Source: Candidatus Hydrogenedentota bacterium (GTDB taxonomy: Bacteria; Hydrogenedentota; Hydrogenedentia; Hydrogenedentales; SLHB01). Taken from it: DNA of 64,000 nucleotides. Of this stretch, positions 16,794 to 25,851 are shown piece after piece. The stretch covers positions 1,344,001 through 1,408,000 of the forward strand of contig CAXXYE010000009.1 of the NCBI GenBank assembly GCA_963674865.2, in the 5' to 3' direction. Position numbers and translations under genes: made by a program. Each line of letters opens with the position of its first letter. Position 1 is the stretch's first letter. Below the pieces are notes generated by a model. The model was not told the DNA's origin, ran no database searches, and saw only the letters and a program-made list of their open reading frames with translations.

Positions 16794-18203
16794 ATGGCCA
16801 AGAAAACCTGTTTTGGGTTGATCGTCGGCAACCGCGGCTTTTTCCCCGACGAACTGGTGCGAACCGGGCAGCAGGTGATGAGCCGGCTCCTGCGGAAACT
16901 TGGCTACAAGGTGGTAGCGCTTGGAATCAAAGACACCAAGTTCGGGAGCGTCGAGACGTGGGAGGACGCGAAGAAGTGCGCCGCCCTGTTCAAGGCCAAG
17001 AGCGAGGAGATTGACGGTGTCATCGTGACGTTGCCGAACTTCGGCGATGAGCGGGGCGTCGCGGATACGCTCAAGATGTCCGGACTCGACGTGCCCGTGC
17101 TCATACACGCATGGGCGGACAACGCCGCAAAGATGGGCATCGAGTCGCGGCGGGACTCATTCTGCGGCAAGATGAGCGCCTGCAATAACCTCGTCCAGTA
17201 CGGCATACCTTTCAGCCTTACGCGGCGGCATACCATGGATCCTGAGACGAAGGAGTTCGAGGCGGAAGTGCACTGGTTTGCCTCGGTGTGCCGCGTCGTG
17301 AGCGGGCTTATAAACTGCCGCGTCGGCGCGCTCGGAGCGCGTCCGGCTGCATTCAATACCGTCCGGTTCAGCGAGAAGCTCTACGAGGAGTCGGGCATAT
17401 CCGTCGAGACGATGGACCTTTCGGACGCGCTAGGCCGCATCGCGAAGATGCCGGACAACGACCCCAAGGTCCGCCGCCGCGTCAAGAAGATCACCGATTA
17501 CGTTGGCACGAAGGGCGTTCCCGGGGAAGCGCTGATCAAGATGGCCAAGCTGGCCGCCGTTATCGACGATTGGATGGCCGCGGCAGAGCTCGACGTCACG
17601 GCGGTTCAATGCTGGACGGCCCTGGAAGAGCATTTCGGCATCGTGCCATGTACGGTGATGAGTATGCTGAGCGATTCCCTGCGATCCTCAGCCTGTGAGG
17701 TCGACGTGGGCGGCGCCATTGGGATGCACGCCATGGCCCTGGCCTCGCAGACGCCGAGCTTCCTCCTCGATTGGAACAATAACTACGGCGACGATCCTGA
17801 CAAGTGCGTCTGCTTCCACTGCTCGAATCTGCCGAAGAGCTGCTTCACCAGTTGCCGGATGGATTATCAGGAGATTATCGCCGGTACCGTCGGTAAAGAG
17901 AACACCTACGGCACTGTTGTCGGCCGCATTAAGCCCGGGCCCGTTACTTTCGCCCGGATCAGCACCTTCGATACCGAGGGCGCCATCGGCGCGTACATCG
18001 GTGAAGCCGAATTCACCAAGGATAAGGTCGACACCTTCGGCGGCTACGGCGTTGTGAAGATCCCGAACCTTCAGGTGTTGCTGGCGTACGCCTGCAAGAA
18101 TGGTTTTGAGCATCACGTCGCGATGAATCATAGCCAGTGCGCCCGCGCCATCTACGAAGCTTTGGATAACTACCTCGGCTGGGATGTCTACTGGCACAGC
18201 TAG
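16794..18203 (+). CDS. L-fucose/L-arabinose isomerase-like protein (paralog 1)
   Basis: GNRGFFP, PNFGDE, RRDSFCGK, ACEVD, DWNNNYG, FHC, GFEHHV. Confidence 0.85.
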   Translation: MAKKTCFGLIVGNRGFFPDELVRTGQQVMSRLLRKLGYKVVALGIKDTKFGSVETWEDAKKCAALFKAKSEEIDGVIVTLPNFGDERGVADTLKMSGLDVPVLIHAWADNAAKMGIESRRDSFCGKMSACNNLVQYGIPFSLTRRHTMDPETKEFEAEVHWFASVCRVVSGLINCRVGALGARPAAFNTVRFSEKLYEESGISVETMDLSDALGRIAKMPDNDPKVRRRVKKITDYVGTKGVPGEALIKMAKLAAVIDDWMAAAELDVTAVQCWTALEEHFGIVPCTVMSMLSDSLRSSACEVDVGGAIGMHAMALASQTPSFLLDWNNNYGDDPDKCVCFHCSNLPKSCFTSCRMDYQEIIAGTVGKENTYGTVVGRIKPGPVTFARISTFDTEGAIGAYIGEAEFTKDKVDTFGGYGVVKIPNLQVLLAYACKNGFEHHVAMNHSQCARAIYEALDNYLGWDVYWHS

Positions 18204-18236
18204 GCCGGCCGCGGGAGCAATGGCAGGAGAAGAGCG

Positions 18237-19265
18237 ATGAGTACGCTGGGTGTCGGTATCGTAGGGACAGGCTGGGTTTCGGGCGAGCACATCCGTGCTT
18301 TCCAAACCAATCCTCACACGGAGATCCTGGCCTTATGCTCGCGTAGCGAGGAGCGAGCGCGGGCCAAGGCCGGCGAGTGGGACCTCGACTGCGCCCTGTA
18401 CACCAACTACGAGAAGATGTTGGCTCACGAGGGGATTGATATCATTGCTATTGCCACGCCGCCGGACTGTCACAAGGCGCAGGCCGTCGCCGCGGCCGAG
18501 GCGGGCAAGCATCTCCTCCTAGAAAAGGCGATGGCCGTTGCCCTCGATGACGCGCGGGCGATTCGCGGCGCCGTCGCGAAGGCGGGTGTGAAGTCCGTGG
18601 TGAGCTTCGTCCTCCGGTGGAATCCCCTTTTCGAGATTATCAAGACGCAACTCGCGGATGACGCCATCGGCCGCGTATTTCTCGGCGAGGTCGACTACTT
18701 CCACGGCATCGGCCCATGGTACAAGCAGTATGGCTGGAATGTGAAGAAGGATGTGGGCGGCAGTTCGCTACTGTCAGCGGGCATTCACGCCGTCGATGCA
18801 TTGCGCTGGTTCATGGGCGGCGAGATCGTCGAGGTTTGCCAGTACTCGACCTTCGGGAAAGGGCCGGATTTCGCCGAATATGAGTACGATCCCACATCCT
18901 GTACCATCTGCCGGTTTGCGGACGGCCGTATCGGCAAGGTCGCCTCATCCATCGAGTGCATTCAGCCTTACGTGTTCAACATCAATCTTGTGGGCACCCA
19001 CGGCACGATCAAGAACAATCTGCTCTACTCCAAGAAGAAGATGCCCGGCCAGACGGGATGGGCTCAAATTCCCACGATCCTGCCGGATAGCGGCGACGTC
19101 ACACACCATCCGTTCACGGATGAGGCCGCGCACCTGGTGGATTGCATCCTTGAAGATAAGGAATCTCATGTGAGTGTTGCCGACGCGTATATCACGCACG
19201 AGGTCGTGTTGGCGGCCGATCTCTCGGCGCGCGAAGGCCGGCCGATCCGGCTCCCGCTGCCGTGA
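18237..19265 (+). CDS. Gfo/Idh/MocA family oxidoreductase
   Basis: GIVGTG, IATPPDCH, GKHLLLEK, GIHAVD. Confidence 0.92.
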   Translation: MSTLGVGIVGTGWVSGEHIRAFQTNPHTEILALCSRSEERARAKAGEWDLDCALYTNYEKMLAHEGIDIIAIATPPDCHKAQAVAAAEAGKHLLLEKAMAVALDDARAIRGAVAKAGVKSVVSFVLRWNPLFEIIKTQLADDAIGRVFLGEVDYFHGIGPWYKQYGWNVKKDVGGSSLLSAGIHAVDALRWFMGGEIVEVCQYSTFGKGPDFAEYEYDPTSCTICRFADGRIGKVASSIECIQPYVFNINLVGTHGTIKNNLLYSKKKMPGQTGWAQIPTILPDSGDVTHHPFTDEAAHLVDCILEDKESHVSVADAYITHEVVLAADLSAREGRPIRLPLP

Positions 19266-19293
19266 GGACTATTTTCGAACGAGTGGGTGGCGC

Positions 19294-20442
19294 ATGAAAC
19301 GACTGCTTGCACGGCATTCGCCGCTGGTAATTCTCGCGGGCCTGTGTGTTGTCCTCGCCATTGTGTCGGAGGACTTCCGCAAGCCTGAGAACCTCCAGCG
19401 TGTGGCCTACCGGACAAGCGTGGTGGGCATCATCGCGCTGGGCCAGACTTTTGTCATCATCACGGGGGGGATCGACCTCGCAGTGGGAAGCGTTGCGGCC
19501 CTGGCGGGGGTCGTGGCGTGTCTGGCCATGCGCGACCTCCACATGCCGATGGCGGTAGGCGTCTGGGGTTCGGCCATCCTTGGCCAATTCAGCGGTATCG
19601 CGGTGGCCGTCGCGGCGTGGCGTCTCTTGCGGCGGCGTGGCCTGCCGGGATTTGTCGTCGCCGGCGTGGGGACACTGGCAGGCATGTTCTTCGGCCTGGT
19701 AATCGCCCTCTCCGCGGGGCGGATGCTCCTACGGATGCTGCCCGATGTGCCCGTGCCGGTGTCTTTGGCCGTCCTTCTCGGTACATTGGTGGGTTTGGGC
19801 ACAGGCCTCGTGAGCGGCCTGCTTGCCACCAAGGGCAGGATCCCTCCCTTTATCGCGACCTTGGGCATGATGATGGTTGCCCGCGGCCTCGTGCTGCTTA
19901 TCTCCAAGGGCGTGCGCGTATTCGGACTCCCCGAGTCGTTCAGGTATCTCGGCGGCGCGCGGGGATGGTACATCCCTGTGGGCATTACGGCGGCCATCGC
20001 GGTGGTGCTTGCCGTTGCACTCACCTTCACCCGATTCGGGCGGGCGATCTTCGCTACGGGAGGCAACGCCAACGGCGCGCGCTTGTCCGGAATATCCGTT
20101 GATCGCGTGCGCATCACCGCCTTCGGCCTTTGCGGCGCGTTGACGGCCTTTGCGGGGGTGATGTTGGCCTCGCGAACGGGCGTCGCCGAACCCACCGCCG
20201 CCGAAGGCATGGAGTTGGACGCCATAGCCGCCTGCGTTATCGGCGGCGCGAGCCTGATGGGGGGCGAGGGAGGCGTCATCGGCTCGCTGGCCGGGGCGCT
20301 GATCATGAACGTGCTCGTTAACTTCTGCAACCTCAAAGGCTTCGACGTCTACTGGCAGAAAGTCCTCGTCGGCACGCTTATCGTCGCCCTCGTCTACTAC
20401 GACAACTTCCGCCGCCGCAAAGCCGGATTCATCAAGGAATAA
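19294..20442 (+). CDS. Sugar ABC transporter permease (RbsC-like)
   Basis: ITGGIDLAVGS, IPPFIATLG, GGN..GARLSGI, ELDAIAACVIGGASL.GG.G. Confidence 0.92.
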   Translation: MKRLLARHSPLVILAGLCVVLAIVSEDFRKPENLQRVAYRTSVVGIIALGQTFVIITGGIDLAVGSVAALAGVVACLAMRDLHMPMAVGVWGSAILGQFSGIAVAVAAWRLLRRRGLPGFVVAGVGTLAGMFFGLVIALSAGRMLLRMLPDVPVPVSLAVLLGTLVGLGTGLVSGLLATKGRIPPFIATLGMMMVARGLVLLISKGVRVFGLPESFRYLGGARGWYIPVGITAAIAVVLAVALTFTRFGRAIFATGGNANGARLSGISVDRVRITAFGLCGALTAFAGVMLASRTGVAEPTAAEGMELDAIAACVIGGASLMGGEGGVIGSLAGALIMNVLVNFCNLKGFDVYWQKVLVGTLIVALVYYDNFRRRKAGFIKE

Positions 20443-20515
20443 GCGCTCTCAGGCGGGGCGTGCGCGCCAAGTCGGCCACGCTCGCAAGATTACAGCACAC
20501 ACGGATTCATGCTTG

Positions 20516-20524
20516 TGCTATAAT
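20516..20524 (+). promoter_or_regulatory. Extended -10 promoter upstream of the large surface-protein gene
   Basis: TGcTATAAT; GGAGG RBS near 20593. Confidence 0.55.
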
Positions 20525-20607
20525 CGCCTTGAAGAATATGTTTGAGTGGCCCGCTGTTACGTCCGAAGTGTGGGGGACGGGGCCTGCTCCGGGGAGGTAT
20601 TCCTATC

Positions 20608-23600
20608 ATGGGGACGAATAACGCACTTCTGATCGCCAGGACTATCCTTGTTTCGAGCCTCTTCATGCTCGGCCTTCTCCTGCCTCGTGCCCAGGCGGAT
20701 GTCTGGTATGTGGACAGAGACAACGAGTCGGGCGTTGAAGACGGCGCCAGTTGGGACACCGCCTACACCACGATCCAGCCCGCCATCGACGCCGCCCACT
20801 CAGCCGGCGGCGGCGAGGTCTGGGTCGCGGAGGGAACCTACTTCGGGGCATGCACACTGAGGAGCAACGTGGCTGCCTACGGCGGATTCGCGGGAATCGA
20901 GACGGCCCTTGCGCAGCGCGATATCGCATCCCACAAAGCGATTATCAATGCCGACGCTTCCGAGGAGAAAGGCCCTCCGTACAATGCCGTGATCATCTTC
21001 GAGGTGGCAAACACCCGTCTAGATGGCTTCACCATCACCGGTAGCATCGCGTATCCGGACTACCACCTTGGCGACTATGGCGACGTGGAGAGGCCCGGAT
21101 ACAATCCGGGTGGCGGGATTTTCTGCATGAATGCCGATGGCACCAATGTGATTGAGCGTTGCCACGTAACTAAGAACACGGGCCTCCGGGGCGGGGGCCT
21201 CTTCTGTAAGTACACGTCGGCTCAGTTTGTGGGCTGCAGCTTCACCGCGAACGACATTAGTAGCAGCGGCGTGTGCGGCGGCGTCTACTGCGCCGGCGCT
21301 CCGGGCCCGGCTTTCATCGACTGCGGCGTCAGCAAGAATACCAAGATTGGTATGTACTGTACCGATGGCTCCACCGCATCCTTCGTCGGTGGTTACATTT
21401 ACGGGCATAGGCCGTCCGGTTTTGTAAGCCCGTATCTGCTTGAAGGGAGCGTGAGTCGCAGGGGGGACGGAGTTGGATTGCTTGTCGTCGGCGACTCGTC
21501 TGTCCAGGTGGCTGGCTGTACCATTCAGGACAACGAGGCCGCGGATGGTGCGGGTGTAATCGTGAAGAGTGCTGCACTGCACATGTCCGGATGCACGATC
21601 CAGTACAACAAGGCCCTGGACTGCGGCGGCGGCATAGGCGTCGGGGACGGAGGAAAACTGAAGATCGAGGGCTGTACGCTCCTGGGCAACCGTGCGGTTC
21701 ACGGGGGGGGATTCTTCGTCAACGACTACGGCTCGGCGGAGATGCGCTCCTGCGAGATATTGAAGAATGAAGCTACGGAGGAGGGTGGCGGCGGCTATTG
21801 CCAACTCTATGATGACATCGCCGATTGCGTCTTCAAGGAGAATCAGGCTAGGCGCGGCGGGGGACTCCACGGGTTCAAGGTGGATCGCTGCACATTCATC
21901 AGCAATGGCGCAACCTATGGTGGTGGCGCCATGCACTACGATCGAGTGTTCAGGGGTGTCCACAGTCTGACGGCGCAGGGGCCGACAAACTGCCTGTTCG
22001 TAGGGAATCAGGCGTCATCGTCCGTCGTCTGGGATATACGGCTTGCTTGCTATTTGGATGAACTCAAGGACTATGGCCCTGTCGAGTTCTTATCGAGTCT
22101 CAACACCTTCTGGGCGAATGCAGAAACGGGCCATTTTCTCCCGGATCTTCTGGGCGGCACCGACCCGACTATTTCAAGTTGTATCTTCTGGAACAACAAG
22201 TGCGGGGACATACTCAATGGTGGGGAGATCACTCACTCAGTTGTGCAGGGCGGGTGGCCGGGCGAGGGGAATACGGATAGCGATCCCTTGTTCGTAGACG
22301 CCGAAAACGGTGTGTTCTACTTGGACGTAATGTCGCCCGCTATCGACACAGGGTTGATAACCGATGGCGACTGCCGGGACAGATCCGGGCGGTACAGGCC
22401 TCTGAGTTGGGGCGTCGACATGGGAGCATTTGAGTTCCAAGGCACGGATGCCGACACGCTTCACTCGTTTCTGCTTCCTCTGACGCCCCCGGCGACAACC
22501 GCTGTAGTCGAACTGCCCTGGATAGCTTGGGGGGGCGACGGCACGACGGCGTATGTCGAGTTGTTCTATAGGCGCAACGGCGGCGAATGGCTGCTTTGCC
22601 CGGATGCCTACACCGACAGCCCCATAGAGTTTGACACATCTACCGTGGGCGGCGACGGATACTATGAATTCCGCACGATTGCTACGGATATGGGGGGCAC
22701 TGCGGAGACGCCCTCATCCATTTGCCCGGTTCGAGGGCTACCGGTTATCTCCGGCTTTGAAGGGGCGAGAGTGTACGTCGATGGTACTGCCGAAGGCTTC
22801 CAAACCGCGGAAAGCTGGGAGAACGCAATCCATTCTATTACGGCGGCCCTTGCCGTAGCCGACGCCCATGGGATTGGCGAGATATGGGTCGCTGCCGGCG
22901 AGTATCCGGAGTCGATTGAGCTTATCAGCGACCTTGCCTTATGCGGCGGGTTCGCGGGCACGGAAGACTACCTGGACGAGAGGAAGGTGTGTCCCTCTGC
23001 CACTGTTATCGACGCCAGCCAAGTGGGCTACGGAGATCCCGCCCTTCATGTTGTCGTGATGAAGGACGTCGTCAACACGCGGCTGGACGGGTTTACGCTC
23101 ACCGGAGCGGTCGGAAGCGATGGCGACTTCTTCATGGGCTACGGCTGTTGCGGAGGGGTGGTGTGTGTGCGTGCGGATGAGACGAACACCGTGAGCGATT
23201 GCGTCATCGCGGGAAACAGAGCGGGCAGCGCAGCAGGAGTCAATTGTTTCTGTTCCTCGCCTCAGTTCAGGAATTGTGCAATCGCCGGCAACGAGTGGGA
23301 CGGGATAGGCGTTGGCCCTCAGAGTTCCCCGACTTTCGAGAACTGCGCAGTAGTCGGGAACACCGGCACAGGAGTGGCCTGCGAGAGGGGATCGCCAACT
23401 CTCGTTGACTGTGTCCTGAGTGAGAACTCCGGCGGCGGAGTTGTCAGGCTGTTGGGGCTGCCCGCGAAGCCCCTTCTCGTCAACTGCCTAGTAAGCCGAA
23501 ACTCCGGCGCGGGAGGGGTCAGTGCGGATGCCACGTTGGTCAACTGCGTCATTGCGGGCAACACTGGCAGAACCTATGGAGGTGGGCTAACTTGGCCGAA

Positions 23601-25695
23601 GCGCGTGATCAACTGTACGATAGCTCTGAACACGGCGCCACAAGGTGGAGCCCTGCGATCTTCCGGTGCTCATCAGGTCCTGAACACGATCATTGACAGT
23701 AATAGCACTTACGGAGTGTATGCGAAGGGCTCTGTCTCAGATTCGGACCTCATGTGCTGCCTTTTCCACGCCAACGAAGATGGAGACTGCCATTACTTCG
23801 ACGTGGATACGACGTATACCGGGGCCGAGGAGATCATGCTGAACGTGCCCACGGCAACGGGGATCGTTGATGGCGACCCGCTGTTCGCAAATCCAGAGGT
23901 GGGTGATTTCAGTCTACTTGCTGGTTCTGCGGCAATCGACGCGGGCACGTCCCCCGATGCACCGGACACCGATTTCCTTGGCGAGCCAAGACCCGAAGGG
24001 TATGGCGTCGATATCGGAGCGTATGAGTACACGCCCGGGACCGAGAGGTTCGAGGTCGTGCTTGACGCGGACGGGGAGGGGACTATCGAGCCCGCCGAAG
24101 GAGTCCACGCCTGCACTGCCGGTGCGCGTGTGGTGGTTCTTGCGGAAGCCGAGGAAGGCTGGCAGTTTAGCCACTGGGAAGGAGGCCTCGAAGGCATAGT
24201 GAATCCAGCAGTGATGACAGTGGACGGCAACAAGACGCTTACGGCCGTCTTCAGGGAGGAATACGAGCTTACATTGACGGCTGGGAGCCATGGCACCACC
24301 GCTCCTTCCCCGGGCTTCTATGTCTACCTGGACGGTGACACGATCGAACTTGCGGCTACAGCCTCTATAGGTTGGGGATTCGATCATTGGGAGGGAGATC
24401 TAACCGGCAGTAACAACCCCTGCGATGTGGTCATGGACGGCCCCAAAGCCATCGCCGCCGTTTTCGTGAGATACTTCTCTCTGACCACGGAAGTCTGCGG
24501 CGATGGTGAGGTACATGTTTCGGAGGAAGCGGAGAGCTATCCGAATGGAGAGACGCTGACCTTGACTGCCGTGCCTGACGCGCTGTGGCTGTTCGATCAT
24601 TGGGAGGGCGATGTAACAGGAGACGCTGCTTCCGTCACCATTGTCATGGACGGAGACAAGAGCGCCACGGCGGTCTTCACCCGGCTCTACACCGTGAGCA
24701 CCTCCGTCGAGGGTCAAGGGCTGGTGTATTTCGGCAACGGCACAGGAGCCTATCGTGACGGATCTGCTGCCACTGTGCTGGCTGTACCGGCCGAGGGTTG
24801 GATCTTCGACCATTGGGAAGGCGATGCGGCGGGGAGCGACAATCCGCTGGCGTTGATCATGGATGGCGACAAGGCCATCACGGCCGTCTTCACACGGCTC
24901 TACACGGTGAGCACGGCCGTCGAGGGGCAGGGGCTCGTGTATTGCGCCGACGGCATCGGTGTCTATCCAGATGGCTCGACGGCGACGGTGGTTGCCGTGC
25001 CCGCGGAAGGCTGGATCTTCGACCACTGGGAAGGCGGTGCCGCGGGAGGCGACAACCCGCTGACGCTGCTCGTGGATGGCGACAAGGCCGTTACGGCCGT
25101 CTTTGAGCGGCGCTACACGCTGAGTATCCAGGTTGAGGGACAGGGGCAAGTAGACGAAGCCAGTGGGCCGACCTTCTACCGCGCCGGCTCTGAAGCCTCC
25201 TTGGCGGCCATCCCCGCCGAGGGGTGGGCCTTCGATCATTGGGAGGGTGACGCGACGGGTACGGACAATCCGACGATGGTGCTCATGGATCAGGATAGAA
25301 GCGTCGTGGCCGTCTTCAAACAGCTCTACACGCTGACTCCGCATGCCGTGGGGCGGGGCCATATTGAAGTCGGGGATGAGGCAGGCGTCTATCCCGATGG
25401 CGCCACGGCCACGTTGGTGGCCGTTCCTGCGGAGGGCTGGGCGTTTCGCCGCTGGCGCGGCGATGCGGAAGGGACGGATAATCCGCTCGAATTGGTTATG
25501 GATGGCGCCAAGACGGTGTGGGCCGTGTTTGTGCCCCACTGGGATGCCCCGCCGGGATGCGCCGGGGGTACGTCATCATCCGGCTGCGGCCCGGGCGTCC
25601 CACCCTTGGGAGATGTCGCCCTGTTGGCCGTGAGCATAATCGCTCTGTGGATGATGCCTGGCGTGCGGAAGGCCTCAAGACGCCGCCCGGCCTAG
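20608..25695 (+). CDS. Large secreted/surface protein: two parallel beta-helix (Pmp / choice-of-anchor-Q-like) modules, seven InlB-B-like repeats, C-terminal membrane anchor
   Basis: Signal peptide (AQA); two YVD...SW..A..I..A...EVWVA.G.Y modules with GG(G/A)/FxxN repeats, each ending DPLF...S(P/A)AID.G...VD(M/I)GA(F/Y)E; WxFxxWxG repeats; terminal TM plus basic tail. Confidence 0.85.
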   Translation: MGTNNALLIARTILVSSLFMLGLLLPRAQADVWYVDRDNESGVEDGASWDTAYTTIQPAIDAAHSAGGGEVWVAEGTYFGACTLRSNVAAYGGFAGIETALAQRDIASHKAIINADASEEKGPPYNAVIIFEVANTRLDGFTITGSIAYPDYHLGDYGDVERPGYNPGGGIFCMNADGTNVIERCHVTKNTGLRGGGLFCKYTSAQFVGCSFTANDISSSGVCGGVYCAGAPGPAFIDCGVSKNTKIGMYCTDGSTASFVGGYIYGHRPSGFVSPYLLEGSVSRRGDGVGLLVVGDSSVQVAGCTIQDNEAADGAGVIVKSAALHMSGCTIQYNKALDCGGGIGVGDGGKLKIEGCTLLGNRAVHGGGFFVNDYGSAEMRSCEILKNEATEEGGGGYCQLYDDIADCVFKENQARRGGGLHGFKVDRCTFISNGATYGGGAMHYDRVFRGVHSLTAQGPTNCLFVGNQASSSVVWDIRLACYLDELKDYGPVEFLSSLNTFWANAETGHFLPDLLGGTDPTISSCIFWNNKCGDILNGGEITHSVVQGGWPGEGNTDSDPLFVDAENGVFYLDVMSPAIDTGLITDGDCRDRSGRYRPLSWGVDMGAFEFQGTDADTLHSFLLPLTPPATTAVVELPWIAWGGDGTTAYVELFYRRNGGEWLLCPDAYTDSPIEFDTSTVGGDGYYEFRTIATDMGGTAETPSSICPVRGLPVISGFEGARVYVDGTAEGFQTAESWENAIHSITAALAVADAHGIGEIWVAAGEYPESIELISDLALCGGFAGTEDYLDERKVCPSATVIDASQVGYGDPALHVVVMKDVVNTRLDGFTLTGAVGSDGDFFMGYGCCGGVVCVRADETNTVSDCVIAGNRAGSAAGVNCFCSSPQFRNCAIAGNEWDGIGVGPQSSPTFENCAVVGNTGTGVACERGSPTLVDCVLSENSGGGVVRLLGLPAKPLLVNCLVSRNSGAGGVSADATLVNCVIAGNTGRTYGGGLTWPKRVINCTIALNTAPQGGALRSSGAHQVLNTIIDSNSTYGVYAKGSVSDSDLMCCLFHANEDGDCHYFDVDTTYTGAEEIMLNVPTATGIVDGDPLFANPEVGDFSLLAGSAAIDAGTSPDAPDTDFLGEPRPEGYGVDIGAYEYTPGTERFEVVLDADGEGTIEPAEGVHACTAGARVVVLAEAEEGWQFSHWEGGLEGIVNPAVMTVDGNKTLTAVFREEYELTLTAGSHGTTAPSPGFYVYLDGDTIELAATASIGWGFDHWEGDLTGSNNPCDVVMDGPKAIAAVFVRYFSLTTEVCGDGEVHVSEEAESYPNGETLTLTAVPDALWLFDHWEGDVTGDAASVTIVMDGDKSATAVFTRLYTVSTSVEGQGLVYFGNGTGAYRDGSAATVLAVPAEGWIFDHWEGDAAGSDNPLALIMDGDKAITAVFTRLYTVSTAVEGQGLVYCADGIGVYPDGSTATVVAVPAEGWIFDHWEGGAAGGDNPLTLLVDGDKAVTAVFERRYTLSIQVEGQGQVDEASGPTFYRAGSEASLAAIPAEGWAFDHWEGDATGTDNPTMVLMDQDRSVVAVFKQLYTLTPHAVGRGHIEVGDEAGVYPDGATATLVAVPAEGWAFRRWRGDAEGTDNPLELVMDGAKTVWAVFVPHWDAPPGCAGGTSSSGCGPGVPPLGDVALLAVSIIALWMMPGVRKASRRRPA
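24046..25533 (+). repeat. Seven tandem 213-bp (71-aa) InlB-B-like repeat units
   Basis: Equivalent codons at 24229, 24442, 24655, 24868, 25081, 25294 and 25507 (period 213); units 4 and 5 look the most similar at DNA level. Confidence 0.9.
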
Positions 25696-25851
25696 CGGGA
25701 CGCCCGAGCGATTACGCCCCTGGGCCGACGAAGCGGATTCCTTTGCGCAGCCGAATGGACGCGTGCGCCGAAGTCCCGATATACTTCCGTGAAACGCCAC
25801 CCGGTCGGGCAGGCCGGACGCACTCGTCCAATTAACCTGGGAGATGAGGCC

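Noticed and set aside
24046..25533. Regular repeats as a CRISPR array or mobile element
   Set aside because: In-frame 213-bp coding repeats with synonymous variation; no repeat-spacer structure and no cas genes.
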